Counted from the first letter of the stretch, positions 9,577 to 19,972 are shown. The stretch is 54,671 nucleotides of DNA from an uncultured Acidobacteriota bacterium (GCA_964353465.1 CAYGWQ010000004.1:1-54671); one strand, 5' to 3'. Notes: generated by a model from the sequence alone, not told the origin. Program-made: numbers and translations.

Positions 9577-10680
9577 ATGCAAATAATGTTGAATAGATCC
9601 CTAACCGTCCCTGCATGGGTTATCCTGGCCTTGCTCTTCACACTGCCGGTCGGGTGTGGTTCTCGCAGCGACTCGACTGCCACTGAGCCGGAGCTCGTGT
9701 CTTCCCGACCTGTCCCGCCTGCGCGACATGCGCCCTTTTTCCAGGCCGGCTTCGCCTACTCCCACGTCGGCGGCAGCTATGACAACGACGTGTCGTCCGT
9801 CGAACTCGGAAAGATGCGTGCCGCCGGAGGCAACGCCGTCCAGTTCCTAGCCTTCGCCTACGTCTACCGGCTGAACGCCCCAGAAATCGGCCTGTCACAG
9901 CAGCGTTCGGACCAGGTCCTGCGTGGAGGCATTTCCCGTGCGAAGACAGCGGGGCTGCGGGCCATGGTAAAGCTGCAGACGTGGGGGCCCGGTTTCCAGG
10001 ATGGCAAGTTCTCAGCGGATATCGGCATGACCAGTGCTGCCAACTGGCGCGCGTTCATGGCCAACTACCGGCTTTACGTATTGCGCTACGCCCGCCTGGC
10101 GGCGGATACGAACGCCGACATTCTCTGCATCGGCACCGAGCTGGCCCAGGCCACTCAAGCCGCAGTCATTGCCGGCGATTGGCGCGCCCTGGCCAAAGAG
10201 GTCCGCTCGATCTACGCCGGCCCCCTCACCTATGCGGCTCATTTCAGCGAGGTGGAGGGAGTCCCGTTTTGGGATAGCCTGGATTACATCGGAGTCGACG
10301 GTTATTACCCGATCGCCAGGCTGTCCGCCGCCCTGGAGAATCTTGAACGTCTGTCGGTGCGTTGGAACAGGCCGGTGATCTTCACCGAAGCGGGATTCGC
10401 GTCTAGTTCCTATGCATTGACGGAACCCTGGAGACCTGGCCCCTATGAAGCGCCTCCCGATTCCGTGCGCCTCGACCTCCAGGCGGAAGGGTGGCAGACT
10501 CTGCTTGCCGAGCTGTGGCACCGCGATTTCATCTGGGGCATCTATGCCTGGAAGTGGCACCCCAACCGCACATGGGGCGGCCCGACAAACGCCGACCATA
10601 CGCCGCAGGGGAAGCCGGCCCTCGACGTTATCCGCCGCTTCTACAAGAAGCTTCCGCCTCGCGCCGGCCCCCGCGATTGA
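9577..10680 (+). CDS. GH113-like / GTA TIM-barrel glycoside hydrolase, probable lipoprotein
   Basis: LPVGC lipobox; LCIGTEL, YAGPLTYAA, FWDSLDYIGVDGYYP, PVIFTEAGF, G.YAWKW, TPQGKPA. Confidence 0.75.
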   Translation: MQIMLNRSLTVPAWVILALLFTLPVGCGSRSDSTATEPELVSSRPVPPARHAPFFQAGFAYSHVGGSYDNDVSSVELGKMRAAGGNAVQFLAFAYVYRLNAPEIGLSQQRSDQVLRGGISRAKTAGLRAMVKLQTWGPGFQDGKFSADIGMTSAANWRAFMANYRLYVLRYARLAADTNADILCIGTELAQATQAAVIAGDWRALAKEVRSIYAGPLTYAAHFSEVEGVPFWDSLDYIGVDGYYPIARLSAALENLERLSVRWNRPVIFTEAGFASSSYALTEPWRPGPYEAPPDSVRLDLQAEGWQTLLAELWHRDFIWGIYAWKWHPNRTWGGPTNADHTPQGKPALDVIRRFYKKLPPRAGPRD

Positions 10681-10842
10681 ACCGTCGACCAAGCAGTACA
10701 GGTTGATGAAACGTTTTTATCCGGTAAAACATAAAGATATGAAGATCCGTGCGTCACCTCCCGGGAGAATGGGGCGTGCGCGGACTTTGCCGGCATTTGC
10801 GTGCCAGGCTTCCTCTTTTGAATGGCGTGAAGGAGGTGTGAG

Positions 10843-11211
10843 ATGAAAATTACAACCCGAGCCAGCGGCAATTGCACCATTCTGGAGCTGGACGGCAAAC
10901 TGGTATTGGGTCCGGAAACGATGGAGCTGCGCAACGCTGTTCGTGAAGCGGCAAAGAATAATTCCAGAAAGATCGTGCTGAATCTGCGCAAGGTAACTTA
11001 TATCGACAGCTGCGGCCTTGGCGAACTGGTCAGCAGCTACTCCCATGTCAGAAGCCAAGGCGGAAACCTGGTGTTGCTTGATCCGCCCGACAGAATCATG
11101 AGCCTGCTGATTCTTACCAAGCTGGAGACGGTGTTTGAGATCTTCAAGGACGAGCAATCGGCAATTGCAGATTCCAAGCAGAACAAGACGCAGCGTCAGA
11201 TGTGCGGCTGA
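10843..11211 (+). CDS. STAS-domain anti-sigma factor antagonist
   Basis: ILELDGKL...IVLNL..VTYIDSCGLGELV...LTKLETVF; SD AGGAGGTG. Confidence 0.9.
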   Translation: MKITTRASGNCTILELDGKLVLGPETMELRNAVREAAKNNSRKIVLNLRKVTYIDSCGLGELVSSYSHVRSQGGNLVLLDPPDRIMSLLILTKLETVFEIFKDEQSAIADSKQNKTQRQMCG

Positions 11212-11372
11212 GAAAGCGGGGGAGAGGCGCGAATGGCGCTTAAGCAAGGCGCCATTCCTCTTGCCTGCCTCCAGGGCCTTCGATCTCCATTCTATTATTA
11301 AACCCCGGGCGGCCCATTGCTTGCCCGGGGCTGCCGGCCTGCAAGCCTACGACGCACATTATTCCCTGTAAA

Positions 11373-11786
11373 ATGCTGGGCTTCCATACGCCGTACGCGG
11401 GGACCGAATTGATGGAGCTCGCTGTGGCCGCAGGCCTCAGTGAGCCCCAAGAAATATAGGACTGGATTCCCTTCAGTTATCGCAATCTCGGCGCCGGCGG
11501 GTCGTGGCTCTCGGACGAGATGCGGAAGATCATCGAAATGCTCGATTTTTGTATCTTCTTCGTGGGCGAGGCGAGTTACCTCAAGCCCTTCAAGAAGACC
11601 CACCCGCTGGCCATCCTGTTGTCCAATCTCTACGCGCCCATAGCCCGGAAGAGAGTGGAAACACTCTTCCACAAGCTGCCGCTCGAGATCAAACTGGCCA
11701 GGCGTTTCGGGTTTTATGCCAAGCCAGGCTTATCCGCTGCGGCAATCCCGCCTCAGAACTCGACAGATCTTTCACCTCAGGGGTGA
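11373..11786 (+). pseudogene. C-terminal fragment of a B12-dependent-type radical SAM protein with an in-frame stop
   Basis: Manual translation FHTPYAGTELMELAVAAGLSEPQEI*DW...WLS...LYAPIARKRV..LF..LPLE; TAG at 11457-11459; the CxxxCxxC core is absent. Confidence 0.6.
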
Positions 11787-13582
11787 GCGCGAGTGCGGCG
11801 GATCATTTCGGCAAGGACATCGCGCAAATGTCCCAATGTCTCCAAAGTCATCTGTGTTGGCAGGAAATTCGGAGTCAATCGGTCGAAATAGAGACAGCCG
11901 ACTACCACGTTTTCTACAATTACCGGAAAAAGCCCGAAGCAGCAGGCTCCGAGCTTGCGAATAATCTGGGAATCCTGATAGCGGTCATCGTGCTGTGCAT
12001 CAATGAAGACATCCCGCTTGGCCAGGATCGCCAGTGTGAGAGGTTCCCGGCGTCCGGATAAGGGGATCTGAAGCTGTTCGATGACATTGTCGATAGCTGG
12101 ACCCAGGCCGAGCCGACCACGAACCATCGAACGATCGGGTGTGGCGAGACAGAAGACCACGCGGTCGAACCGGGCACCCCTGTGGCAGGCTTCCATAGCC
12201 ATCATCAGGACTTCGTTCAACTTGGGCTCATTGCCCGGTTCCGCGGCGGATTTGACCTCTGCCAGGAGCTGATCGAGCAGATCTTCATCGGATCGGGATT
12301 CCGGAGTGACAGGGGATGCTGCGTCAGGCTTTGCCGCCGTCGCAGGGCCGGCGGGCAGGGTACCGCCGGGGAGGGAACCGCCGGAGTCCTTTTGTTCTCC
12401 TCCGCGCGACATTGTCAGCCGCAACTGATTGCGGAGTTGAAGATCATCGAACGGGATGCCGGCTGTTGTAAATGTGCCCTTGGTTTCGGTCACGGCCTCG
12501 GCGAGCACCTGCTGGATCAACTCCAGGTTTAAATCTTGGACCGCTTTGTACTTGCCGAGCAAGAGATCGAGCGCCTGTGCCTTGTCTTCAGCCGAACGCC
12601 GATAAATAAAACTAGTCAGCTCATGACTGAATGCTACCAGGGTACCCAGTTTCTCATCATCATTCTGTTTGCCGTAGGTAATCGGATCCACCGATTCCAT
12701 CGCTTGGCTGACCGATCCGGGAAGCATCCAACTTTCAGCGACTGCTCGCCCCAGGGCCTCATAAGGGAACTGCAGCACCTTCACGCACGCTTCGCGTTCG
12801 GTCAGCTTGTTCTCGTTGATCTCTCGGAGGATCTTTTCGTACATTTCACCCAAGTAACAGGCGACCAGGATTTCTCCCAGGTTACGGAACATTCCGCACA
12901 AATAGATTTCTTCGGCCTTGGGCATCTGCAGGTGCGTTGCTACCTGGCGCGCATGGTTCGCGGTCAGCATCGACAGGAGGATCAGTTGTTTCAAGCCGGC
13001 GGAATGCTTCTCGAAATTCTCCAGAAGCATCAGGCCTCCGGCAAGGCTCTTGATTGCCTCCACTCCCATCAGTGTCACTGCGCGTGCCACGCTGCAGATC
13101 GGCTTGCCGGACCGGTTGTAATAGGCCGAATTGGCAGTGCGCAGGACGGCCAGGGTCAAGCTGTAATCACGAATTATCGTGTTGGTCATATGCCGGATGG
13201 ATGCTTCGTCTTTCCCCATCATTCCCATGACTTCCATAATATGCTGTGAGAAGGCGGGGATAGTCTGCCGGCCCTGGATTATTTTCAGAATGCGATCAAT
13301 ACCATCGCTGCGGTTTACGGCATGAGGCGGCCGAGCCTCCACGCCGCGGGACGGCACTTGTCCGGACGGCATGGGTCGCGGTTCCTTGATTACTCTGCGC
13401 GGCGCCTCGTTCTGCGGGAAGCTGTGCGGCGTTGCCGGTAGAGTTTTTCTTGGCAGGGACGAGCCGCACATGTTGCAAAATCGCGATCCGGCTGGTACCT
13501 CGGCCCGGCAGCGGTGACAGACTGTGGGCTCGACAGCTTCTGATTTCGCTTTGGTGGTTTTGTCTGCGGACACTGCTGGCAT
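11777..13582 (-). CDS. Zinc-ribbon + HDOD + GAF-like signalling protein
   Basis: CHRC...RFCNMC; IPAFS...DYSLT..VLR.ANSAYY...RAVTLMG...GMFRNLG...SWMLP (HDOD); C-terminal FDRVVF...LFPV...VGCLYFD (GAF-like). Confidence 0.8.
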   Translation of the reverse strand: MPAVSADKTTKAKSEAVEPTVCHRCRAEVPAGSRFCNMCGSSLPRKTLPATPHSFPQNEAPRRVIKEPRPMPSGQVPSRGVEARPPHAVNRSDGIDRILKIIQGRQTIPAFSQHIMEVMGMMGKDEASIRHMTNTIIRDYSLTLAVLRTANSAYYNRSGKPICSVARAVTLMGVEAIKSLAGGLMLLENFEKHSAGLKQLILLSMLTANHARQVATHLQMPKAEEIYLCGMFRNLGEILVACYLGEMYEKILREINENKLTEREACVKVLQFPYEALGRAVAESWMLPGSVSQAMESVDPITYGKQNDDEKLGTLVAFSHELTSFIYRRSAEDKAQALDLLLGKYKAVQDLNLELIQQVLAEAVTETKGTFTTAGIPFDDLQLRNQLRLTMSRGGEQKDSGGSLPGGTLPAGPATAAKPDAASPVTPESRSDEDLLDQLLAEVKSAAEPGNEPKLNEVLMMAMEACHRGARFDRVVFCLATPDRSMVRGRLGLGPAIDNVIEQLQIPLSGRREPLTLAILAKRDVFIDAQHDDRYQDSQIIRKLGACCFGLFPVIVENVVVGCLYFDRLTPNFLPTQMTLETLGHLRDVLAEMIRRTRAHP

Positions 13583-13738
13583 CCCGGAAAATCTCCCTCC
13601 CGCAATATGGCAGTGTCATAACTCCATCCGTGCTCGTGCAAAAATGGCTGTTGCGCCTGCCACTCTCTACTTTTCGACGCATCTTTGCATTTACTGTACA
13701 TCCAGGACCAAACAATTGCGAATCCCGCGATCAGGCTC

Positions 13739-14401
13739 CTAGCGCATGACGCCGAGAATGTGCTCGATATATTCCTGTATGCGACTCAAAACGTCGGGAT
13801 CGGATGTGCTGAACTCCACTCCGATATGTATCTTTTTTGCATCGTGATGCAGATTCTTGACGATGCCGGGAATGCCCCGGTCCGGATTGATCCCCAGCAT
13901 TTCAATGGCTATCACCACCTTGTTTTCCGGCTCGAGGTGCGCCGACTGGTCGCCGCCCTCATGGTTCATGGTTATCCGGCAGCCGCCCGTGCTCAGGTCG
14001 GAAACTACGCCCCGGTATGCAATCTTGTCGTCTATGTGGATGGTGGAGGGGATGAAGCAGTCGACGCGCAGGTTCTTCCGCATATCATGCCGTTCCATCG
14101 ACTCAGGGCAGGAGATGAAAAGCAGCGGGGAAGGCACTCTGACCTGATGAATAAATTTGGACACGAAGCCATAGATGGTCCCGTCGTGAATGAAGATGAC
14201 TTTGATCGGATCCCCGCGGCTCAGCAGCGATTCGGCGCCAATTACTTTGGGAGTTCGGACGATGAGGAACTCTCCCCACGCCTCTCCGATCAATGTGCTT
14301 TTCAGCCGGGCTTCGACGCCCTCAAACCTCAGCACCAAATCCGTTCCCAAAGGGCAGTGGAAGCTGACATCTTTACAATCCTGGTCCGGTATTTCCGCCA
14401 T
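13739..14401 (-). CDS. PilZ-domain (YcgR/flagellar-brake-like) c-di-GMP receptor
   Basis: RKNLR (RxxxR) and DLSTGG (DxSxxG) motifs after an N-terminal YcgR-like beta domain. Confidence 0.85.
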   Translation of the reverse strand: MAEIPDQDCKDVSFHCPLGTDLVLRFEGVEARLKSTLIGEAWGEFLIVRTPKVIGAESLLSRGDPIKVIFIHDGTIYGFVSKFIHQVRVPSPLLFISCPESMERHDMRKNLRVDCFIPSTIHIDDKIAYRGVVSDLSTGGCRITMNHEGGDQSAHLEPENKVVIAIEMLGINPDRGIPGIVKNLHHDAKKIHIGVEFSTSDPDVLSRIQEYIEHILGVMR

Positions 14402-14538
14402 GGTAACCCCATCTCTTGAAATCCAGCATATTGCAACGCGCTCTCGGCAGGCCATAATCCCGGTGCGCCTATTTGCTCTTCCAGATTGAACACTAGTTCA
14501 GGAGACAAAATTGTATCCCCGATCCGGTCCCATTGTAA

Positions 14539-15198
14539 ATGATGCGGAATACGATTTGTGACCTGCGCTCCTGCGGGCTTCTCCCGGAAACTACCGTCGA
14601 GCTCCGGTACGTAGCGACCGGAATTGTACAGTCGCAGGTTGCCGGGATCGCAGGCTATTACAGCTTCAGCGCAATGCCGCCCGGCGCCTACAAGGTGCAA
14701 GCTGCACTCAAGGGTTTCAAGACTGTTACCCGGGATGTGATGGTTGAGCTCGGCAAGACCGCTCGAGCCGACTTCACCCTTGCAGTCAGCACCCGGGCCG
14801 AGCAAGTGGTGGTCACCAGCACTTCGCAGACGCACGATGCCACGCATTCAGAATTATCCTTGAGCGCCGAAGCCAAGGTCATCACCGAGCTGCCTACACT
14901 TACGCACGATGTCACTCACCTGATTGAGTTGATGCCGGGCATACGGCTCGAGCAAGCCGGGACCGTGGGCGGCTCCCAAATGGTCGACCTGGCGGGTAAC
15001 TTCGCCCTGGGACACGGCACGCGTCGCGGCCAGAGCCCTTTCTACGTCGACGGAGCGGAGAATGTGGGGACGTGGCGACACCAATCCCTGCAGATGCGCA
15101 ATCCCGTGATGGATCTCTCCCGATCCGACTTCGGGCTGATCCAGACGAAAGAGGGCGGCGGTCGAATCACCCAGCTGCAGGCCAAATTCTTCTTCTGA
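14539..15198 (+). pseudogene. Internally deleted Oar-type TonB-dependent receptor
   Basis: Carboxypeptidase-regulatory-like domain (GYYSF..MPPG.Y.V....GF) and plug start (ELP...LIEL.PG...FYVDG.EN) joined directly to a terminal barrel strand (NP..DLS.SDFG.I....GGRITQLQAKFFF); no signal peptide. Confidence 0.75.
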
Positions 15199-15243
15199 GA
15201 AACGCTTCTGCACGGGGCGGGGAACTTTCCGCCGCCTGTTGTT

Positions 15244-15981
15244 TCACCTCACTCTCTTCAAATAACCCTTCGGGTGCATGGTGAACAACAGCTTCTCGCG
15301 GCTCTCATCAGGCCGGAACTCGGCATGGCTTGCGAGAAACTCCTCGACCGCTTCCATCGGCCCGTATTCGGGATAACTGACCTTGGTCACAGGGTGACCA
15401 TTGATGTTGGTATCCTGCACAATCAGGTAGCTTCCTACGCTGACCAAGGGGGAATAGGATTCCAACTCTTTCAATACGTGAGGTCGATGGTGATCGGAAT
15501 CAAGCAGAACAAGAACTTTTTCCCCCTGCACCTTTTCCCTTATCAGGGACACCACTTCGGGTGAAACCGAATTGCCGATGATGAAATCCACTCTGTCCTG
15601 CAGAGCCGGCGGGAAAGACCCGGGAGCCACGGAGTTTTTGATGTCCACCGTAATGACTCTACCGGCAGGATTCGCCTGTTGCTGCATCATCGCCCATATT
15701 GCGGCGCTCCCGCCCCTGGAGGTGCCCGTCTCCACGATGAAATCCGGCCGGACCTCGGAGATGATTTCCTGGATGATCCAGACATCGTTGGGATTTTGCT
15801 CGGTCGGAATTCCCAACCATCTGAGTTGCCACATGGCCGGATTGGCATAGGTCATGATGTGGTAGCGGCGCACAATTTCCTCGGGGGCGACGGTGCGTGA
15901 GCCGACGTACATTCCGGCGAGAAAGAAAATCCCCGTCAGGGTTCCGACGAGCAACAGTTTGACGATCTGTACTCCTCTCAC
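15244..15981 (-). CDS. CmcI (cephalosporin hydroxylase)-family methyltransferase with an N-terminal membrane anchor
   Basis: WLGIP..QNP.D....QEII..VRPD.IVETG..RGGS; VLLDSDH...HVL.EL..Y..LVS.GSYLIVQDT; P.GYLKR. Confidence 0.88.
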   Translation of the reverse strand: MRGVQIVKLLLVGTLTGIFFLAGMYVGSRTVAPEEIVRRYHIMTYANPAMWQLRWLGIPTEQNPNDVWIIQEIISEVRPDFIVETGTSRGGSAAIWAMMQQQANPAGRVITVDIKNSVAPGSFPPALQDRVDFIIGNSVSPEVVSLIREKVQGEKVLVLLDSDHHRPHVLKELESYSPLVSVGSYLIVQDTNINGHPVTKVSYPEYGPMEAVEEFLASHAEFRPDESREKLLFTMHPKGYLKRVR

Positions 15982-16133
15982 TCTTTCACCTCCAAATCCG
16001 GATTAATGCTGGATGAATTCTGCCCGGCTAAACCACCGCCTCGAGCGGTGAGACCAGACGATACTGTGCTGTTCGCTCGGGATGCAAGGCTGTTCCTTCG
16101 GAAACGCATGGTTCAGTATTGCCGCCGGCAAAC

Positions 16134-19100
16134 TCAACGGAGTTCCGCCAGAGCGGTTCTGGCTCCCAGGTGATCCGGGCTGACTGCGAGCGCCTGCGTC
16201 ATCTCCAGCTTGGCCTTGTCTCTCTGGCCAAGACCGAGGTGTCCCAGGCCCGCGACAAAATGCGCCAGAGCGAGCCTGGATCTCTGCGACTGCTGATCAC
16301 CGAACGAGGCGAAAAAGTCGATGCGCGCCGGAGCCTTCTCGAGCGCCTGGTTCGCGGTTTGCACGAGGTCACGGAATATCTCTTCCGCGTCTCCTGCCTG
16401 GCCGAGCCGCTGCAACGCAAGCCCCCGGTAATACAACTGGATGCTGCTCTCCGATGTGCCTCCTCCTCCGGGGCGGCGGACCGTCGTGGTGCCGGTCCCG
16501 GCCGCCGCTTTCCACGCCTGTTGACCCCCTTCCTGATCCCCCATGGCTTCGAGTGCGACTCCTGCCCAATAGCTCAATTCCGCTTGCCGGCTGCCGCTGC
16601 GTTCCGATGGGAGATTCTCCGGAATCTTGCCGGCGGCCTGATAATCGACCAGCGCTTCAGTGTACTGCCGCGCTGTCCTGCGCATGTGGCCGCGGAGCAA
16701 ATGAGCGTCCGTCCAGTACTCGGCCACACTGAGGGAGCCTCCTTCCCAGACCTCAAACCTCCGCCCGGTCATGAGCTGGATGGCATCGTCGTACTTCCCC
16801 AGGACCACCTTGAGAGCAACTTCGCGCGACAGGGCGTCATCCCGTCGCGCCACGATGTCGTGGTTTTTCTCAAGCAACGCCAGGCGTTTTTCCGGAGAGA
16901 CGGCGGCTGCCTCGTAGAGCTGGTCGAGCTCGAAGAAATGGAGCGGATACTTCTGCCCGCCGGATGTCGCCTTCTCGAGGCTTGCGATCGCCTTTTGGAG
17001 AGAATTCACCTGGGGCAGGCGGGAAAAGGCGATGGCGAGGTTTCGATGGGCAATCGGGAACGAGGGATCGAGTGCGACCGATTGCTCCCACAGCCGGACC
17101 GCCTCTTCGGGCTGCCAGTCGAAAAGTAGGTTCCCGAGGTAGTAGGGTGCGCGCGCGTCGCGTGGATTCCCCTGAATCGCTTCGTGAAGGATATCGATGG
17201 CTTCGTATTGAAACGGGAAAACGTAGTCGGGAGGCATTGTCGCCGCCAGCCGACGGTACTCGGCGGCCTTGGCCGGCTCGCCCAGTTTTCCTGCGAATGA
17301 GGCCAGGTAATAGTACAGCAGCGGGGAGAGTCGCGCCTTATCGGGCGCCGCGTGAATCATCTCGAGCAGCACGTCGCTCCCATCCTGCCACAGGCCTGCG
17401 TTCAAGTACTCTGCCGCAGTCTCCAGCGCTGTGGCAGGATGGGCGGTCAAAGTGTCTGTCAGTTCCTTTGCCGCTGCCGCGCTCCGGGTTGCCAGCCATC
17501 GCTCCGCCAGCGCACGCACATCCAGTGGGTCTGCCCTGTGTGCGCCGGATGACAGGACCTGCAATGCCTCACGCCCGCGTCCCAGGTGGCGCAGGACAGC
17601 CGCCTTCAGATTCCAAGCCCGGATATTAAGACCGTTGGCTTCGAGAGAGCGATCCAGGAAGTTGAGGGCGGACGCCAACTCGCGCCGCCGCGTAGCGATC
17701 TCGGCTATGGAATAATAGGCAGCAGCGCGCCAGGGAGCGCTCCAGGTGGCCTTATAGTAAGTATCGAAGGCCTCATCGTGGCGTCCCTGCGCCCCAAGGG
17801 CGACGCCCAGGTAATAGAGCGGCTCGGCATCCTTGGGTGCCGTGTATTTGGCTGTGAGGCGTTCGATTGCTCTGCGCAACAGTTGCTCAGCTTCAGCATA
17901 GCGTGCACGTTTGATCAGGCGGATGCCGAGAGCGGTGTTCACCCGCACATCTCCCGGATCGCGGCGCAGCGCCTCCTCCCAGTAAGGGTCCGGATCCAGA
18001 GATGGATTGTGAAACTGCTCGATGCGGAGCCCGGTGAGGTAGAGTTCTTCATTGGTTTTGATGTCCAGGGGTGCAGCCGGAGCCGCAACCGGCTCAGGCA
18101 TCCTGCCGGCCTCGCGCTTGATTGGCGAGTAGGCGATCAGTTCCTTGCCGGCAGCCGAGAGTGAGGCGCGGAGGTCGTACTCGCTGATGCCGGCCGGCAC
18201 ACGAACTTCCTTCCGATAAGGCTTATCCGGGCTAATGGCGATCTTCTCCTCGAGGAGAACGCGGTCTCCGGCCTTCAGGAGCACCGTCGCCTGGGGTCGT
18301 GCCCTGGTGGTGCAGAAGCCGACTTTCGCAACTCCGTCCGGGGTTACGTCGAGGTTGACTGCCACCTCCAGGTTAGCGTTTTTCACACCACCGATTTCGC
18401 GGAACGGGTACCAGTACATCTCAAACGATTTGGTTTCGTATGGAAAGAGCCAGCTGTAGTCGGGTTGGTTGTCTGAGTACGCCCCCACCATGAGCTCGAT
18501 GTAAGGGCCATCCTCGTCTGTCAGAATCTTGTCCCACATGCGGCCGCGCGGGCCGTTGCCCCAGGTCCACAGCTTCTTGCCGGGTACGATGTTGTGGTCG
18601 GCGACACTCATGATGCCGGCCTGCCTGCCGTGGTCATATCCTGCGAAGAAATCATCCTCGTAGTTCCACGCAAACATCGAATTGGCGGCAATGTGGTTCT
18701 TGTACCAGCTGACATCCATACCGCGACTGAAGTCATAGCCTCCGTAGCGGGTCGTGGCCACCGGCCAGGTGGTGAATTCGCGTTTGTGGTGGTGGGTCAC
18801 GTACCGGGTGCCGGGAGGGAAGATGACCTGGTAGTTCTCGTTGGCGTGCACCGCGACATTGGCGAAACAAAGCAGGGAATTGTCCACGGGCGTGCGGTTC
18901 GAGATCCGCAGTGAAGCCTCCAGGTAAGATCTCCCGGGGCGCAGCGTATAACCGACGGCCCACCGCATCCGATGTCGCACCTCCAGCTCGCCAACCCAGA
19001 CCGTCTTGCTGCCGTCGGCGTTCGCCTCGACGCGATACTGTACGGGGAGGACCGTGCTGGCGCGATGGTGGTGGGGGATGTTCCACTCAATGCCGCCGGA

Positions 19101-19520
19101 AATCCATGCGCCGATCAGGCCGATGAGCGCCGGTTTGATGACGTGCTGGCGATAGATGAAGTTGTATTGGTTGGTTTTGTCCACCCCTTCGAACAGCCGC
19201 CCGCCGACGTCGGGCAAAACGCCGATGCGGATGTACTCGTTCTCCAGGTACACCATCCGGTAGGCTTTGTCTGCCTTCCTGCCGGTCAGCACGTCATAAA
19301 GCGGATACGGATACACTCTCCCCTCGGCTCCCTGCGATGCGCGGCCAAAATAGAAGACAGGATTGGGTTCGGGTTCTCCGACCAGGTAGGTGGGGATGTG
19401 GATCTGTTCCTCCCATACCTTTACGGCGGCGGTTTGCGTCGCGGCAGGGAAAACCCGTGCGGCCAGGATTAGCCCGCCTGACAAAAGCAGCAATGCTAAG
19501 GGCGCAGGCATTCGCTTCAT
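16134..19520 (-). CDS. Secreted DUF5107 + TPR-repeat protein
   Basis: Signal peptide; YQGA-like RASQGAEGRVYPYP, LENEY, IKPALIGLIGAWISGGIEWN.P.HHR, KKLWTWG, YIELM.G.YSDNQPD; long TPR region. Confidence 0.85.
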   Translation of the reverse strand: MKRMPAPLALLLLSGGLILAARVFPAATQTAAVKVWEEQIHIPTYLVGEPEPNPVFYFGRASQGAEGRVYPYPLYDVLTGRKADKAYRMVYLENEYIRIGVLPDVGGRLFEGVDKTNQYNFIYRQHVIKPALIGLIGAWISGGIEWNIPHHHRASTVLPVQYRVEANADGSKTVWVGELEVRHRMRWAVGYTLRPGRSYLEASLRISNRTPVDNSLLCFANVAVHANENYQVIFPPGTRYVTHHHKREFTTWPVATTRYGGYDFSRGMDVSWYKNHIAANSMFAWNYEDDFFAGYDHGRQAGIMSVADHNIVPGKKLWTWGNGPRGRMWDKILTDEDGPYIELMVGAYSDNQPDYSWLFPYETKSFEMYWYPFREIGGVKNANLEVAVNLDVTPDGVAKVGFCTTRARPQATVLLKAGDRVLLEEKIAISPDKPYRKEVRVPAGISEYDLRASLSAAGKELIAYSPIKREAGRMPEPVAAPAAPLDIKTNEELYLTGLRIEQFHNPSLDPDPYWEEALRRDPGDVRVNTALGIRLIKRARYAEAEQLLRRAIERLTAKYTAPKDAEPLYYLGVALGAQGRHDEAFDTYYKATWSAPWRAAAYYSIAEIATRRRELASALNFLDRSLEANGLNIRAWNLKAAVLRHLGRGREALQVLSSGAHRADPLDVRALAERWLATRSAAAAKELTDTLTAHPATALETAAEYLNAGLWQDGSDVLLEMIHAAPDKARLSPLLYYYLASFAGKLGEPAKAAEYRRLAATMPPDYVFPFQYEAIDILHEAIQGNPRDARAPYYLGNLLFDWQPEEAVRLWEQSVALDPSFPIAHRNLAIAFSRLPQVNSLQKAIASLEKATSGGQKYPLHFFELDQLYEAAAVSPEKRLALLEKNHDIVARRDDALSREVALKVVLGKYDDAIQLMTGRRFEVWEGGSLSVAEYWTDAHLLRGHMRRTARQYTEALVDYQAAGKIPENLPSERSGSRQAELSYWAGVALEAMGDQEGGQQAWKAAAGTGTTTVRRPGGGGTSESSIQLYYRGLALQRLGQAGDAEEIFRDLVQTANQALEKAPARIDFFASFGDQQSQRSRLALAHFVAGLGHLGLGQRDKAKLEMTQALAVSPDHLGARTALAELR

Positions 19521-19595
19521 AGGTCTTGTCCCCCATCCGAGCTGATAGGATCCGACTGTGGTGCACTGGTCCAATGAAAGCTTGCTCCTCAGTTG

Positions 19596-19611
19596 TGAAA
19601 GAGCGCTCTCA
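19596..19611. promoter_or_regulatory. Possible LacI-family operator
   Basis: TGAAAGAGCGCTCTCA with the palindromic core AGAGCGCTCT, about 80 bp upstream of the DUF5107 gene. Confidence 0.4.
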
Positions 19612-19972
19612 GGCATTCTTATCCCAGGGGGCCCGAGAAACAAGGCCAATGAACGGTCTGCCGGATCTGAACGCACATGCGCGACCCATTCCGGATTCCG
19701 GCTCCGTCGTACTACTTACTCGCAAATCCTTTGCACGAAGGAGAGGGTTTTCACCTTTGAGGCTCCTTTTCTCCGCGGCTCTGTGGTGAACTCTAGTTTG
19801 GCTGCAGCTATGCTGCGGAGCGCTGGTGTTGACAAATCTAGCTGCTGCCGGATATCGTCGGTGACGACGAACAGCCGACTTTGCACCCTCAGGCGGGAAG
19901 AGGGGCTTCAGAGCGGATTCCCTAATCCGTATCCCGGAACCCGCCGGTTCCGGATCTCGCTGGAGGTGACCG

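Noticed and set aside
9080-9616. N-terminal 180 codons of ORF 8783-9616 as a novel domain fused to BBE
   Set aside because: Atypical composition, no recognisable motif and overlap with the start of the divergent gene; probably a chance open frame.
11457-11459. In-frame TAG as possible pyrrolysine or readthrough
   Set aside because: The gene lacks its catalytic N-terminal part and no pyl genes are present; a nonsense mutation is simpler.
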